Positions 34,801-45,867 of a stretch of 64,000 bases of DNA are shown piece after piece. Position numbers and translations under genes: made by a program. The notes beneath the pieces are model-generated. The model did no database searches, had not been told where the DNA came from, and saw only the letters and a list, made by a program, of their open reading frames with translations. This stretch comes from Paramoeba atlantica (lineage: Eukaryota; Protista; Discosea). Location: positions 246,579 to 310,578 of the forward strand of contig CDRNVI010000001.1 of assembly GCA_977017575.1 (NCBI GenBank), in the 5' to 3' direction. Each line of letters begins with the position of its first letter. Within the stretch, counting starts at the first letter, position 1.

Positions 34801-35139
34801 TTTTATGATTTTACCGTCATACACGAGCTTTCACAATCCAACATCAAACGCAGCGGCGCAATTCTCATGCGAGACGCTATCAAGCGTAAGATTAACCGGT
34901 ACGTCGTGTCGAGCTTAATTCCGACACAGCAGTTTTGGTGCATTCCCATGCTTTCTGGAGGCGCCATGCATCCAAACACCAAGGAATTATTGTCGGCTCT
35001 TGCAGATGCATGTGGACTGGCACGCGATAAGATTCACCAGGATTTCGCTTTGCAATTGCAAGAACTGAATGGTTCGGTCGCAATGTCTCAATTTAGGAAA
35101 TACTTGGCACCGGTCGATGGAGATGAAACGGCCCTGTGA
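31900..35139 (+). pseudogene. CRE-A non-LTR element, nearly full length (one in-frame TAA at 32440)
   Basis: ORFs 31630..32442 and 32473..35139 are in the same frame. FLDCESP, RT (YAYIDD), CCHC and GPDLVIHW...FYDFT present. Short A run near 35172-35179. Confidence 0.92.
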
Positions 35140-35184
35140 ATACCAGTTGAATGCCGTTAGCGAGGTGCGTTAAAAAAAATAGGA

Positions 35185-35621
35185 TAATAGTCCACGTTTT
35201 GAAATTTAGCCGAGGGGCTGTTATGTATTTGCCTGCTGGCCCTTCGGGGCACATAGTTTCTTCGAATTATGATTTGTATTCAGAATTTTACATGGGATGG
35301 GTATTTACTATTATCTTATATATCCTTGTTAGGTTGTTATTTTACTTCGCTTTAAGTTTTTGTGCCCACCCACCAAGCCCCCAGCCATTTGGCCGAGGGT
35401 TCCGGTGGGGGGGAATCCCGTTAACAACGTGACACATGATTATTGGTTTTATGCAGGCTTTCTTTTGAACTATGTTTGTGCATGTGAATTCTATCTATAT
35501 ATCGTATTATGTGTTCTTTGATTTTGGGACGATTTGGAAGTGTGATTATATTAGTCATAGGTATTTACTTATATTTGTTTGTTACTTATAAGTTTCATGG
35601 AGCCCCCTCGGCGTGGATTTC
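35185..35621 (+). mobile_element. Solo A-linker-B remnant of YR family R1
   Basis: Reverse complement of 30235-30671 (A2-linker-B2). Confidence 0.9.
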
Positions 35622-35990
35622 GATGAAAATTTTAGAAAATGCCCGTATTATTTTATTTATAACATTTATTCATAATATTTAGTATTGCAGGAACTCTTTG
35701 AGTAATACATGTAAAAATGTGAAATCGTTTTAATGCACCGTATTCATACATGTATGGAAGTAAACGATGGATAATTATGTGTAACTCATTGTAATCCTAG
35801 CCGTATTTTCAAAGCAAAAAACGCACAATGAATGACCTCCCCCCACTATCTGACTCTCGCATTGGACGGTTTGTGGCCGAGAGTCAGGTTGGCGACACTA
35901 TCGCGGTTTTATGGTCCTCAGACAAAGTGCCACGTGGAGAAATGTGGAAGGGAGTGGTGAAGAAGATCCAGGGTAGAGCGCGTTCGGGTC
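35622..35990 (+). mobile_element. A-type terminal repeat of another YR family followed by the start of gag
   Basis: 35622-35817 is the reverse complement of about 45429-45624. ORF 35828 reads VGDTIAVLW...WKGVV, similar to other gag N-termini. Confidence 0.65.
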
Positions 35991-36254
35991 GAGAATCAGT
36001 GGGGATGCATCTGTCGAAAATATCACTTCCGCAGGTTCCTCATTAACACGAGTTTCATCGAGCGCGTTCATTTGCCGTACAGGTCGGCGCCCTTGTGTCG
36101 GGAACATCGCGGAGGGTACAGTTGGTTGAGTGCCTGGCGCGGTCGAAGGCTGTGTCGGATCTCCTGCTGTCTGTGGCCCCCCTGGGCTGTCCCTCCCCCC
36201 GTCTCGGTCTGTGGAATCCTAACCGTTTTCGCTAATCCAGGGGATCCAGGTCCT

Positions 36255-36620
36255 ATTGTTTGTGTGGGAGATAGGTGGGAAGATGATTTCGTGTACGAAG
36301 TAAACCGAGCCGAGACGAGGGCCGTTCGTCTTGCGTTCGAAAAATTAGCGCATCACTTTCGACGTGGAACCTGTATCGATTTATTTATCGATAACACTTC
36401 GTGTCTAGCATCCATCAAGAAGAAGTCTACGAAGTCGGATGGGATCAGTATGGAGCTCACTGGGCTGTTGAATTTTTTAAGGAAGCAAGGAATTGCAGTT
36501 CAACCCCATTATGTAGCATCGAAAGAAAACCCCGCTGACCCATTGAGCCAGCAAAGAATTGCGAAAGGGGAAACAAGTGACTAGCGAAAGGGTGGTCCCC
36601 GCGTGGACACCCGTTCGCGA
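36255..36620 (+). pseudogene. RNase H C-terminus and start of B repeat, subfamily of the 12337 element
   Basis: VCVGDRWEDDFVYEVNRAETRAVRLAFE closely matches ORF 15160..16377. The 44 nt around the stop are identical to 16370-16413. Confidence 0.85.
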
Positions 36621-36866
36621 TAGGGAGGGATGTATATCTCTCTGGGAGGTGAAAAGGATAGGTATAAAATATTTGATTCTTTTGCGTACGAATAATGAAA
36701 GATGCATCATATAGGAAATTCAGCATACAGGTGGATAGTAGGTTTAAAAGATAATGAGAAATACATGTATGTTAAAATATTTTGAGATATTTCAATAGCA
36801 GATTAATATTAGGACTCGAGTAGTATGTACTTGTGAAATTAATGTTTCTTTCCCGGAGAGCAATTC

Positions 36867-37757
36867 GTGGATGGATTCCGCTTCTGTGCGTCGGCATCCA
36901 GATGCGCGTACTACGAAAAAGTTGTCGAAGAAAGGGCTGAATATCTTGGTATCACATTCAAAGAGGAAGACTCTATGTGTCGCGGTCCGCGACACGAATG
37001 GCTGGGAATTGAATTTGATCACGCGCACTCGTCTTACAAGATGTCTGACAAATTTATTGCTAAAATTCCGGTTCATATCCCCGAGAAAAAGCCTTTTCAT
37101 TATTACGAATCCCTCATCGCACGCCTCGTTTACGCATCCAGAGTAATGCGCATACCCATGACAGCATATTACTGGGCTATCAAATACATGAGACGCCAAG
37201 TGTCAAAACTCAACAAAGGAATGCTCCACGACAGTACGGACCTGCAACCCCCGTCTGTCGCGCTTGGGCAATTAAATGAATGGTACCAGAAGGTCCAACC
37301 GAACCATTGGCGGAAATACCAAAAGTTCATTCCAGACAAAGCGGTCCTGTTTACAGATGCGTCTCTCGACGGGTGGGGTGCAGTTCTGTTTTTGGATAAT
37401 GGAGCCGTGTACGGTACCGGAGCCTCATGGAACAAGGAAGTAGAGATAAACCAAGCGGAGGCCTTGGCAGTTGAAAACGCGTTTTATGCGTTTAAAGCCC
37501 ACTGGAATCTAATGCATTGCACAACTTTGTATGTTGATAACACGAGTGTTCATGCTTCGCTCAGGAAGCAATGGTCCAACTCAGAGAACGTATCCACAGC
37601 TCTGTCACGACTTTTTGAGCTATTCCACCGCGAGAACCTTTTGGTGGCAGCTTATTACGTAGGCACGAAGGAAAAGTATGCAGATCCATGGAGCAGGGAT
37701 AAGTTTAAGACTTGGCGACAGGGTGGTGTTTTTCGGTTAAACGATACTGGCGAATGA
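36867..37757 (+). pseudogene. RT C-half + RNase H of a YR retrotransposon
   Basis: WLGIEFD, FTDASLDGWG, INQAEA, VDN and YADPWSR. Confidence 0.88.
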
Positions 37758-37761
37758 GTGG

Positions 37762-38270
37762 GTCAGGACATGCCCATTCGTTAGTAGGAGGTTCGTAAGT
37801 TTCTTGGAAAATTTTTGATGACTAATAAATTAGGTATCAAGGTATCGATGTTCCTAGGCTTAACGGTAGCGCCGGAAATTTTTATATCACGTTAGACAGT
37901 TTTTTAGTTAATTTAGCTCAAATTAAATGTCGCCAATAATCGAATTATGATAGCTTGCGAGAGTAATTCAATAATATAGTGCGTAATGAGTTATGAAAGT
38001 AGTGTGTTATATTATTGGGTAGGAACGTAATTTTTCTCTTCGTATATACTTTAAAAACGTTTCCCACTCACCTCCCTTCTCCACGTCAGGACATGCCCAT
38101 TCGTTAGTAGGAGGTTCGTAAGTTTCTTGGAAAATTTCTGATGACTAATAAATTAGGTATCAAGGTATCGATGTTCCTACGCTTAACGGTAGCGCCGGAA
38201 ATTTTTATATCACGTTAGACAGTTTTTTAGTTAATTTAGCTCAAATTAAATGTCGCCAATAATCGAATTA
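37762..38270 (+). repeat. B1-A2-B2 split direct repeat block
   Basis: 37762-37947 ~ 38085-38270, immediately after the RNase H stop. Confidence 0.85.
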
Positions 38271-38317
38271 AATAACGATACCGTCGACTCACTCGCACCA
38301 CACTCGCACAGCACAAC

Positions 38318-41090
38318 ATGAGCTTTCAACGGTTCAAGAAGGAAACCAACAGGTCGAAGCGCATGCCATCCAAGAAAACGTACGCCCCTCTGCTGTTACA
38401 CAATCGGCCTCCGAAAATATGCATCCTCCTCCTTTTATTCCACCAACTATCGATGAACTTAACCCTACAAACGATGGAGACTGTTCAGACAACCCAGCGG
38501 CCTTTCATGACTGTGAATCACCTCCCTCCGACAAAAGAACACAACACCAGACAACATCAGAACAGGATAACACCAATCAAGTCGTAACAGAAATGCTGGA
38601 AACTATCAATCCACAACTGCATTTTCCGCAAACATTTGATGCTATTCTAGAAACGATGAAATCATCCAAGATGGGAAATATCTGCATGGTTGCCTGGAGC
38701 TTTCAGAACAACCTTCGCTAAATGTATCCGAAGGCACAGTCATTGGAGTACGATCCCGTGGAGGATGCAAAAAAAGCACGCTGCAGTACGTTGGCATTGC
38801 TGGACACAAGCAGGGACACACGTTTCAAGGTTTCTTACCGCCACAAGCAAATGTTAGAGTCTACATGATACGATGGAAGATATCGCAAGACCGCAACACT
38901 TCCGAAAGTCCAATCGGATATCCAAACGAACCCCATCATGAGGCAAGCCTCGCATCGAATGGAAATTCGCGCAATCAATGGACAGAGCAAGACACCGATC
39001 ATCTTCCCATTCCGACCTGCCGAACCATATCGGCAGAATTTGCGCCGAGGGTGGTTGCAGTGTATCGTGAAACAATCAGAATGTATCAACAAAGCGATTA
39101 TCTTGAAAGAAACAGAATCTGGCATCGTGCATTGTCGGCTATGAAATTCTCGTTGGCTGAGGCGCGAAAGAGCTACGTCAGAAAACGGCGCCGCAAACCT
39201 ATAATTACCGGACATGAGGCAATAGAAGACGAACAGTTAGCGGGCGACTTACGTGCCATAAAACGAGCCACTCGATTAGCCCTTGAGGGAAGTGTGACGA
39301 AGGCCGCCAAGATAATGGGCCAAAGCTTTAAGCGGAGCAAATTGACTGGCAAAGAGACACTAGAAAAACTTTTAGCTTTACATCCCCAGCATCCTTGCGC
39401 TTTCCCACTGCTAACTGATGCCCCTGTCATTGCAGGGATAAATGCCGAAGAGCTTAGAAGCGCCGGACGACGATTGGCGAGAGGAGCTAACCCAGGCCCG
39501 ACTGGTACCACAGACATGGTAGTACGATTGCTGCTAGATGACGAGATCTGCTGCAACAGTCTTGTCATCATGGTGGAAGACCTTGTCAACGGTTTCTTGA
39601 ATGATGGACTTATGAATCGACTAAATCGATCACGCCTCGTCGCAATTAGCAAATCAGAAACAGAAGTCAGACCGGTAGCAATGGGTGAAGTGATCACAAG
39701 GCTTGCAGGAATAACTCTCCTACAGCGGTACGAAAACACACTAGCGCCATTATTTGAACCCATACAGCATGGGGTACTCTCCCGTGCTGGGTGCGAAAAG
39801 ATTGTGCACACACTGCATAACAAGTACGAAAAAGGACAGTGCATTCTTTCGCTCGATCTCAAGAACGCCTTTAACACCCCATCCAGAATTGACATCGCAA
39901 AAGCCGTGTTTGCATTTTCAGCGATGAGACCTTTCCAACGCCTCTTTCATGCTGAGTACTCCAGGGAATCTGAACTGTTGTATTACGGAACATATGGGCA
40001 GCTTGCGGGAGTAGTACCGAGCACAGCTGGAGTGCGACAGGGCTCACCGTTGGCTACCCTTTACTTCTGTACTCTTATGCAACCAATCTTGGAGACAATG
40101 TCAATGGAATTCTCGGAAGTCAAAATTTTCGCGTACATTGACGATGTGAATCTGTGCTCTTCCAATAAAGCCCAACTCGAATCAGCATTTTTCCGTTTCA
40201 AAGAATTGATCGAGGATAAAAAGTTGGTTCTTTCCTCATCCAAATGTGTCTGGTTCGGGGGGGCATCTGGGGCACAGATACCTATAAAACTGGAACAGTG
40301 CGGAGTGAAGACAGAAGAAAAAGCGATCAAGATTCTTGGAGCGTACATAGGAAACAATGCAACCATCAAAGAGAAGTTGATGCAGAAGCTTGAGAAACAT
40401 AACGAAATTTTTAGACGCCTCAAGATAATGGGTCCGAACAATATTTCACTCCGACTTCTCTCCAAATCAGTGAACGTCCGACACTCTTACTTCATGCGCG
40501 TGCACGCCCCGGACAATACTCAAGATTCGGCACTTCAGTTCGATAAAGAGGTAGGAGATGTTTTGAAACATTGGTTGGGACCATTGGACCAAGAGCAAAT
40601 GGAGCTAGCACGACTCCCCGTTAGCGAAGGCGGGTTGGTCTTACTGCATGTAATTCGATACGACGCGCAACTTACGCAGCATCTCGACAAACGATTTTCG
40701 AGCGCCATAATTCTTTTTCAGCTCAGATTGTCAATCGAAATGCTGTGCGTGCGTCAGAAGAAATACGAAATAGCACAGACACCAATGAAGCGAGCGAACG
40801 ATCCCAGAAGCTATCCCACATAGTAAGGTCCACAACCTTCAAAAGAAATTACGACTGGCTGCAGTCAACTGCAAAGTTGGTACCGTCACATCTTTTTAGG
40901 CTAGCGGTATTACCGAGATTAGGAATGCCCCTCCAATCGTCAATGAAAGAAATTCGATGCCCCGGATGCCAAACTGAACTCAACCAACGTTCGGTTCTGA
41001 CCCATCTACCAGGATGCACTCAATGCAAGGGAATAAATGCCTCATTCAAACATAACACTTTGGTTCGCTGCATACACAAGATAGTAAGAT
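38318..41090 (+). pseudogene. CRE-A non-LTR element with frameshifts (about 38715 and 40640), 3' truncated after KHN
   Basis: FHDCESP, GVRQGSPLA, FAYIDD, CPGC and FKHN. Confidence 0.9.
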
Positions 41091-41169
41091 ATAGTACAAG
41101 ATATCTGAAGTTTCCTCATCTTTCGGAACCTTAGATACGATCTTAATATTGTTGTACATGACACCTTCC

Positions 41170-41778
41170 TCAGGTAAAGCGTACAGGCCCATAGTCGACT
41201 TGTAAAAAGGGTTGTCCATTTTCATCAATTCCGGGATAGGCTATTCCTTTCCACACTTGCAAAGCACTTGGACCTAATTCTTCATAGTACCACGAAACAT
41301 CCAGCTCGACGGTGTACTTGTCTAGAAGAGAAGTAACTTTGCAAATAACTTTTTTCAACTCGTCGGGACTCATACAATGATTCGGGTTCACTTGATCGTG
41401 GTGGCGCACTTCACTAGTGCCCGCATCAGAGGTTCCTATGCTTGACCCTTTTTGATTCTGACGGTCGTTCAACCTTTGGGTCACTTCCATCGTCATGGAG
41501 CGCAATATCTTCATTTCATTCCGTACTTCCGCATCACGTTTTCCAAACTCTTTTTGGAGATTTTCTTGCCCAGTTGAAACTTTCTTTACGTCCGTACGAA
41601 ATTCAGAAAGCTGCTGTAATATTATCTGTAAAGTTTGATTAATGTTCGAATCTTCCCCCGTACCCACAGTAACGCTATCTCCACCACAAGGCTGAACCAT
41701 AACAGGTTCTTCAGAGAGCGGGCCCGACTCAGGTGCAGCTTGAGACGAATCCGCCAGTTGAGAACGTGTTGAAACCAT
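41170..41778 (-). pseudogene. gag N-terminal fragment of a YR element
   Basis: MVSTRS start and LDVSW...WKG...Y domain are homologous to gag 20008..21258. Confidence 0.65.
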
Positions 41779-41849
41779 AAAAATTTTAAACTATGAGTAG
41801 TGAAAAAAGGCCAATGTCAATCAATTGAATTTTCAAATTATGACTGTCT

Positions 41850-44662
41850 CCAAAATAACCTTCTATGTACATTTTCTCATTCGATGCAATGGTCTTCAAA
41901 ATTACTTTCGCATGCTTTCATATTGCTTTCATGGCTAATCGCTTGGAAGTATCATTCCTCTGGCTGTCACGTTCGTTCAGAGCCCTGTTTCGCTTGGATC
42001 CCGCTATGACCACCGGAGCGTTATTGGTTTTGGATTGCTCTTCAATGGCTTTGCGAGACGCTTGGAAAAAGTGCTTTTGCTTCAAACATGACGGAGTAAG
42101 TCCGAGTCCGCCGAGATATTGCGGAAGTGTGGCGAGTTTTGCAGTAGGGCCCGTTGCATTAAACCAATGCTGAATAATACTGCCTACTTCCGCGTCGAAC
42201 TGCTGGGCGATTTCAAGGGATGCTTCGGGCTTGTGTACTCGGAGGTGATAGTCTTGACGGGGGATGGTGCACCGATTCAGAATTGCGAGGGATAGGTTGC
42301 TCGGTCCCATGAGTCGAAGACGGCGAAAGAGGCACTTGTGTTTGTCCATCTTTTTCTTTAGGCATTCACTTACCATCTCGTCCTGTCCGATATATGCACC
42401 TAGAATTTTCACTGTTTCTTGCGGGCAGGCTACCCCCATCGCTTGCAGAGTTTGGGGCGTCCATGGAGTGTCTGTTTTCTTGAACCATTCGCATTTCTGG
42501 AAGTTCATTTCCAGTCCCAGAAGTCGTGAAGATTCGTGCAGGTGTAGACAGGCGGTCTGCAGGGATAGGGGATTTGGTGATGACAAGGTTATGTCGTCCA
42601 TGTACGCTCGAACCGTTACATCTGGAAAGGACTCTTCGATTTCTTTGAGTGAATCCTGTATCAGGGCACAGAAGTATAGTGACGAAAGCGCTGAGCCCTG
42701 TCGAACGCCAGAAGTGCTCTTCACGATCGAATGGAGCGTGTTATTGGCAAAGAAGAGCAGATCAGACGAGTCCCCGTACTCAAGATTAAAAATCCGCATG
42801 AAAGGTTTGAAGATGCCGTCTTTCTTGAGTGCTTCGAAGATTGCTTGACGCGCGGGGGTATTGTAGGCATTCTTATAATCGATCGCCAAAATGGCGTGTC
42901 CCTTGTTATATTCATCGAGCAGCTCGTGAACAATTCCCTCGCACGCATTCTTGTGGAGGATCCCTCTTTGGACAGGCTGGAAAAATTTCTTCAGTTTCTC
43001 TTCGTTCCTGTTTAGAAGGATCGAGCCACATACTTTCATTAGAGTCTCCCCAATTGCAATCGGTCGTATTCCGTTCTGCGGTTTGTTGATGGCCATTAGT
43101 CGACATCGTGTCAGTCTGTCACGCACCGACGATGCGATCTCCCCGTTCACTACATCGCGTAACATATGGCAGAGCGCGGTGCTGGATTCCTCGTCATCCG
43201 CAAGTAGGCGCAACATGGCTTCACTCAATCCCGTAGGGCCCGGGGAAGCTCCCGGAGCCAGTTTCTCTATCGCGGCCCGAAGTTCGTGTTTTTCGATGAT
43301 TCCTGTTCGGGGGTCTGCGTCCGTCTGAGCTTGTGGGCGCTCTCCATCGGGATGTAGACTCTTGAGCTTCGCTACTTTCTCCTCAACGCTAAGGTTCGAG
43401 TCAAGATATACGTTGTCGAGGATACGTGTAGCTTTGCTTAGGTTACCAGCCCTAGCCGTTCGAAGCGCACTGCGGATTGATCGGCGGTCGACTTCACGTT
43501 CAAGTTTTTCGTCAGGTGAGGAGAACGCTGGCTCCTCGTTGCGCAATTTGTTTGGAACATGATACTTCCGCTGGATCGCTTGTCGCACAGTGGCGAGTGA
43601 GTCGAGGGGTGCGTTTAGAAACTTGTGCCAGACGGATGTTTTCTCTGTTATAAGCTTGAGGGTGGGATATCCTCGCAGGATTGATCTAAAGATTGCTATG
43701 ACGTGAGCGGCAAACGTGGGGTCGATGTGGGCGAGTGGGGGAAGAGGCTCCAAGTCGCAGCCCGTGTCACAATCTTGTGTTTCTTCGATATCCAAAAATG
43801 GCGTTTGTGTCACAATACGGTTGAGCTTTACCACCCGTAATCGGAAGATGTTAATCTTGTGAGATGCAGTTAGATATAGAAATCCTGATGGACCTGGCTG
43901 ATGCTGCGGTGTGTAGGAAATCTTTACCCTGACCGTACCTTTTCTAGAATGTCGCGTAACAACTTCTCCAATCGACTGATAAATCTCACCGCTGTGGCGG
44001 AATTTCCAATGTAGATCGCAAGTAGTTCCTTTTCCCCAGTCGTTGATTATCTTTAGTACTTGGTCCGGAGTTTTCATTGTTTCTTCGGCGACCTCGGCCA
44101 CCCGATCGTCCTCCGAGATGTCTGATCCTGATGCAGATGAGCTCTCCGATCCTTCGTCATGTGACATGTCCGCTTGTCCGAGGTTCGCCTTCGTTAGATC
44201 AGAGCTACGGAGTATCACTTTTACCTTTTTCGGAGTTTTCTTCAGTCTTGTCTCTTTTCTGATCTTAATTTTCAAGGAGGACTCTCCAGTTTGACTTCTT
44301 CTTAGAATTTCATTTCTCCGAACACTGGCAAAAGCGGTTTCCTCGTCTTTCGTGTTGTGGCGGGCGTGATCTGACGTTGGGTTTTTCTCGATGCTTTGCG
44401 CTTTGTGTTCCATCTTCTTTTGCCAGTTGAGGGGAATATGCTGTGGAATGGGGGTTGTGTACATGAGGTCGTCGTACGTGCTAGCGTCTTGGATGAGTTT
44501 CTTGTTTGCCTCAAACTGGTCCCATGATCCAATCTCGTGTCTATTCGCTTGTTCCGTAAAGTTCGAGTTGTGCTCCTTTACGCCAGTGGACCTCACTGCT
44601 GCAGTGTTCTGCTGCTGATGCGACGGCGTGCCTTGCGCCGCCCTCGGGGGAGGTTCTGACAT
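41850..44662 (-). pseudogene. CRE-B non-LTR element (RT YMDD), 3' truncated
   Basis: ORF 41918..44662 contains RPIAIGE, IDYKNAYN, GVRQGSALS, AYMDD and GGLGL. Confidence 0.9.
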
Positions 44663-44690
44663 AAAAGAAAGAAAGGTAAAGTAGTAAAAA

Positions 44691-44708
44691 CAACAAGGTA
44701 CAGAAACT
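44691..44708 (-). other. 3' 18 nt of the SL-like sequence (AGTTTCTGTACCTTGTTG), 28 nt upstream of the CRE-B ATG
   Basis: Exact match to 23613-23630. Confidence 0.75.
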
Positions 44709-44711
44709 TCG

Positions 44712-44963
44712 TGCCGTCGTTTAACATGACGCTTGCAGTTGTTGTGTTATATAGTGCGCGAATTAGTTCCAATAATGGTCCTTCAATTTTCAACCTCTTA
44801 AGGGTGGCCCAGACTGCCTCTCGTGGTAAGGTATCATAAGCCTTCTCGAGATCCAGGTAGGCAAGATATAGCGTTGTGTCTCCTCGTATAGAGTTGTGTC
44901 TCCTGACATTCTCCGTGATTCTTCTGAGTATGAAGATCGCATTGTCTATACCTCTATTATGTC
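44712..44963 (-). pseudogene. RTE-like LINE reverse transcriptase fragment
   Basis: Hand translation: FRHNRGIDNAIFILRRITE...YLAYLDLEKAYDTLPREAVWATL...IRALY (one frameshift). Confidence 0.85.
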
Positions 44964-45008
44964 GGAAGAAAGAGGAAGAAAGAGGAAGAAAGAGCCCGCC
45001 TGCTACGA

Positions 45009-45268
45009 ATGTTGCATTCCCGCCGTCTCAAATTATTCGACGACGATGTCGTAAAACTAATAAACGACATGTCCTTGTCACTCCAAACGAAAGAAAAGTA
45101 TCTGAAGCACCTTATAGCATTGATGGTACAGTCTGGGAAGCTAGCAACGCATTCCCGTCTTCTGCTAAAGTCACTAATTCGGCGCGGATCGCAAATTCCA
45201 TTTCAACAAGCCCAGCCTTTGACCAAGGCACAACTGAACAAGTTGTTACCATTTATGACGTCAGAAAT
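45009..45268 (+). pseudogene. YR N-terminal fragment
   Basis: TKEKYLKHLIA...GSQIPFQQAQPLTK is homologous to 19117..19764. Confidence 0.75.
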
Positions 45269-45861
45269 GGGGACATACATTTTAATTTCGTCTGTTTTAG
45301 AAAATAGGATAAACTAAACTCTTCAATTCTTGCAGAAGTGTAACTCATTAAATATTAGACTCATTCCATGTGCTATACGTTCTTCTATTTTCTTCTAATG
45401 GGCAAACTAGATGAGGGCTAAGTATGGTTTGCTTTGAAAATACGGCTAGGAATACAATGAGTTACACATAATTATCCATCGTTTACTTCCATACATCTAT
45501 GAATACGGTGCATTAAAACGATTTCACATTTTTACATGTATTACTCAAAGAGTTCCTGCAATACTAAATATTATAAATAAATGTTATAAATAAAATAATA
45601 CGGGCATTTTCTAAAATTTTCATCATGGGCTGAAAAAGGACTACATGTTTTCGTACGTCCCACTTGGGGATTAGCATCCCACACGGGGACATACATTTTA
45701 ATTTCGTCTGTTTTAGAAAATAGGATAAACTAAACTCTTCAATTCTTGCAGAAGTGTAACTCATTAAATATTAGACTCATTCCATGTGCTATACGTTCTT
45801 CTATTTTCTTCTAATGTGCAAACTAGATGAGGGCTAAGTATGGTTTGCTTTGAAAATACGG
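45269..45861 (-). repeat. B1-A2-B2 split direct repeat block
   Basis: 177-bp direct repeats at 45269-45445 and 45685-45861, directly after the RNase H stop at 45868. Confidence 0.85.
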
Positions 45862-45867
45862 AATTCC

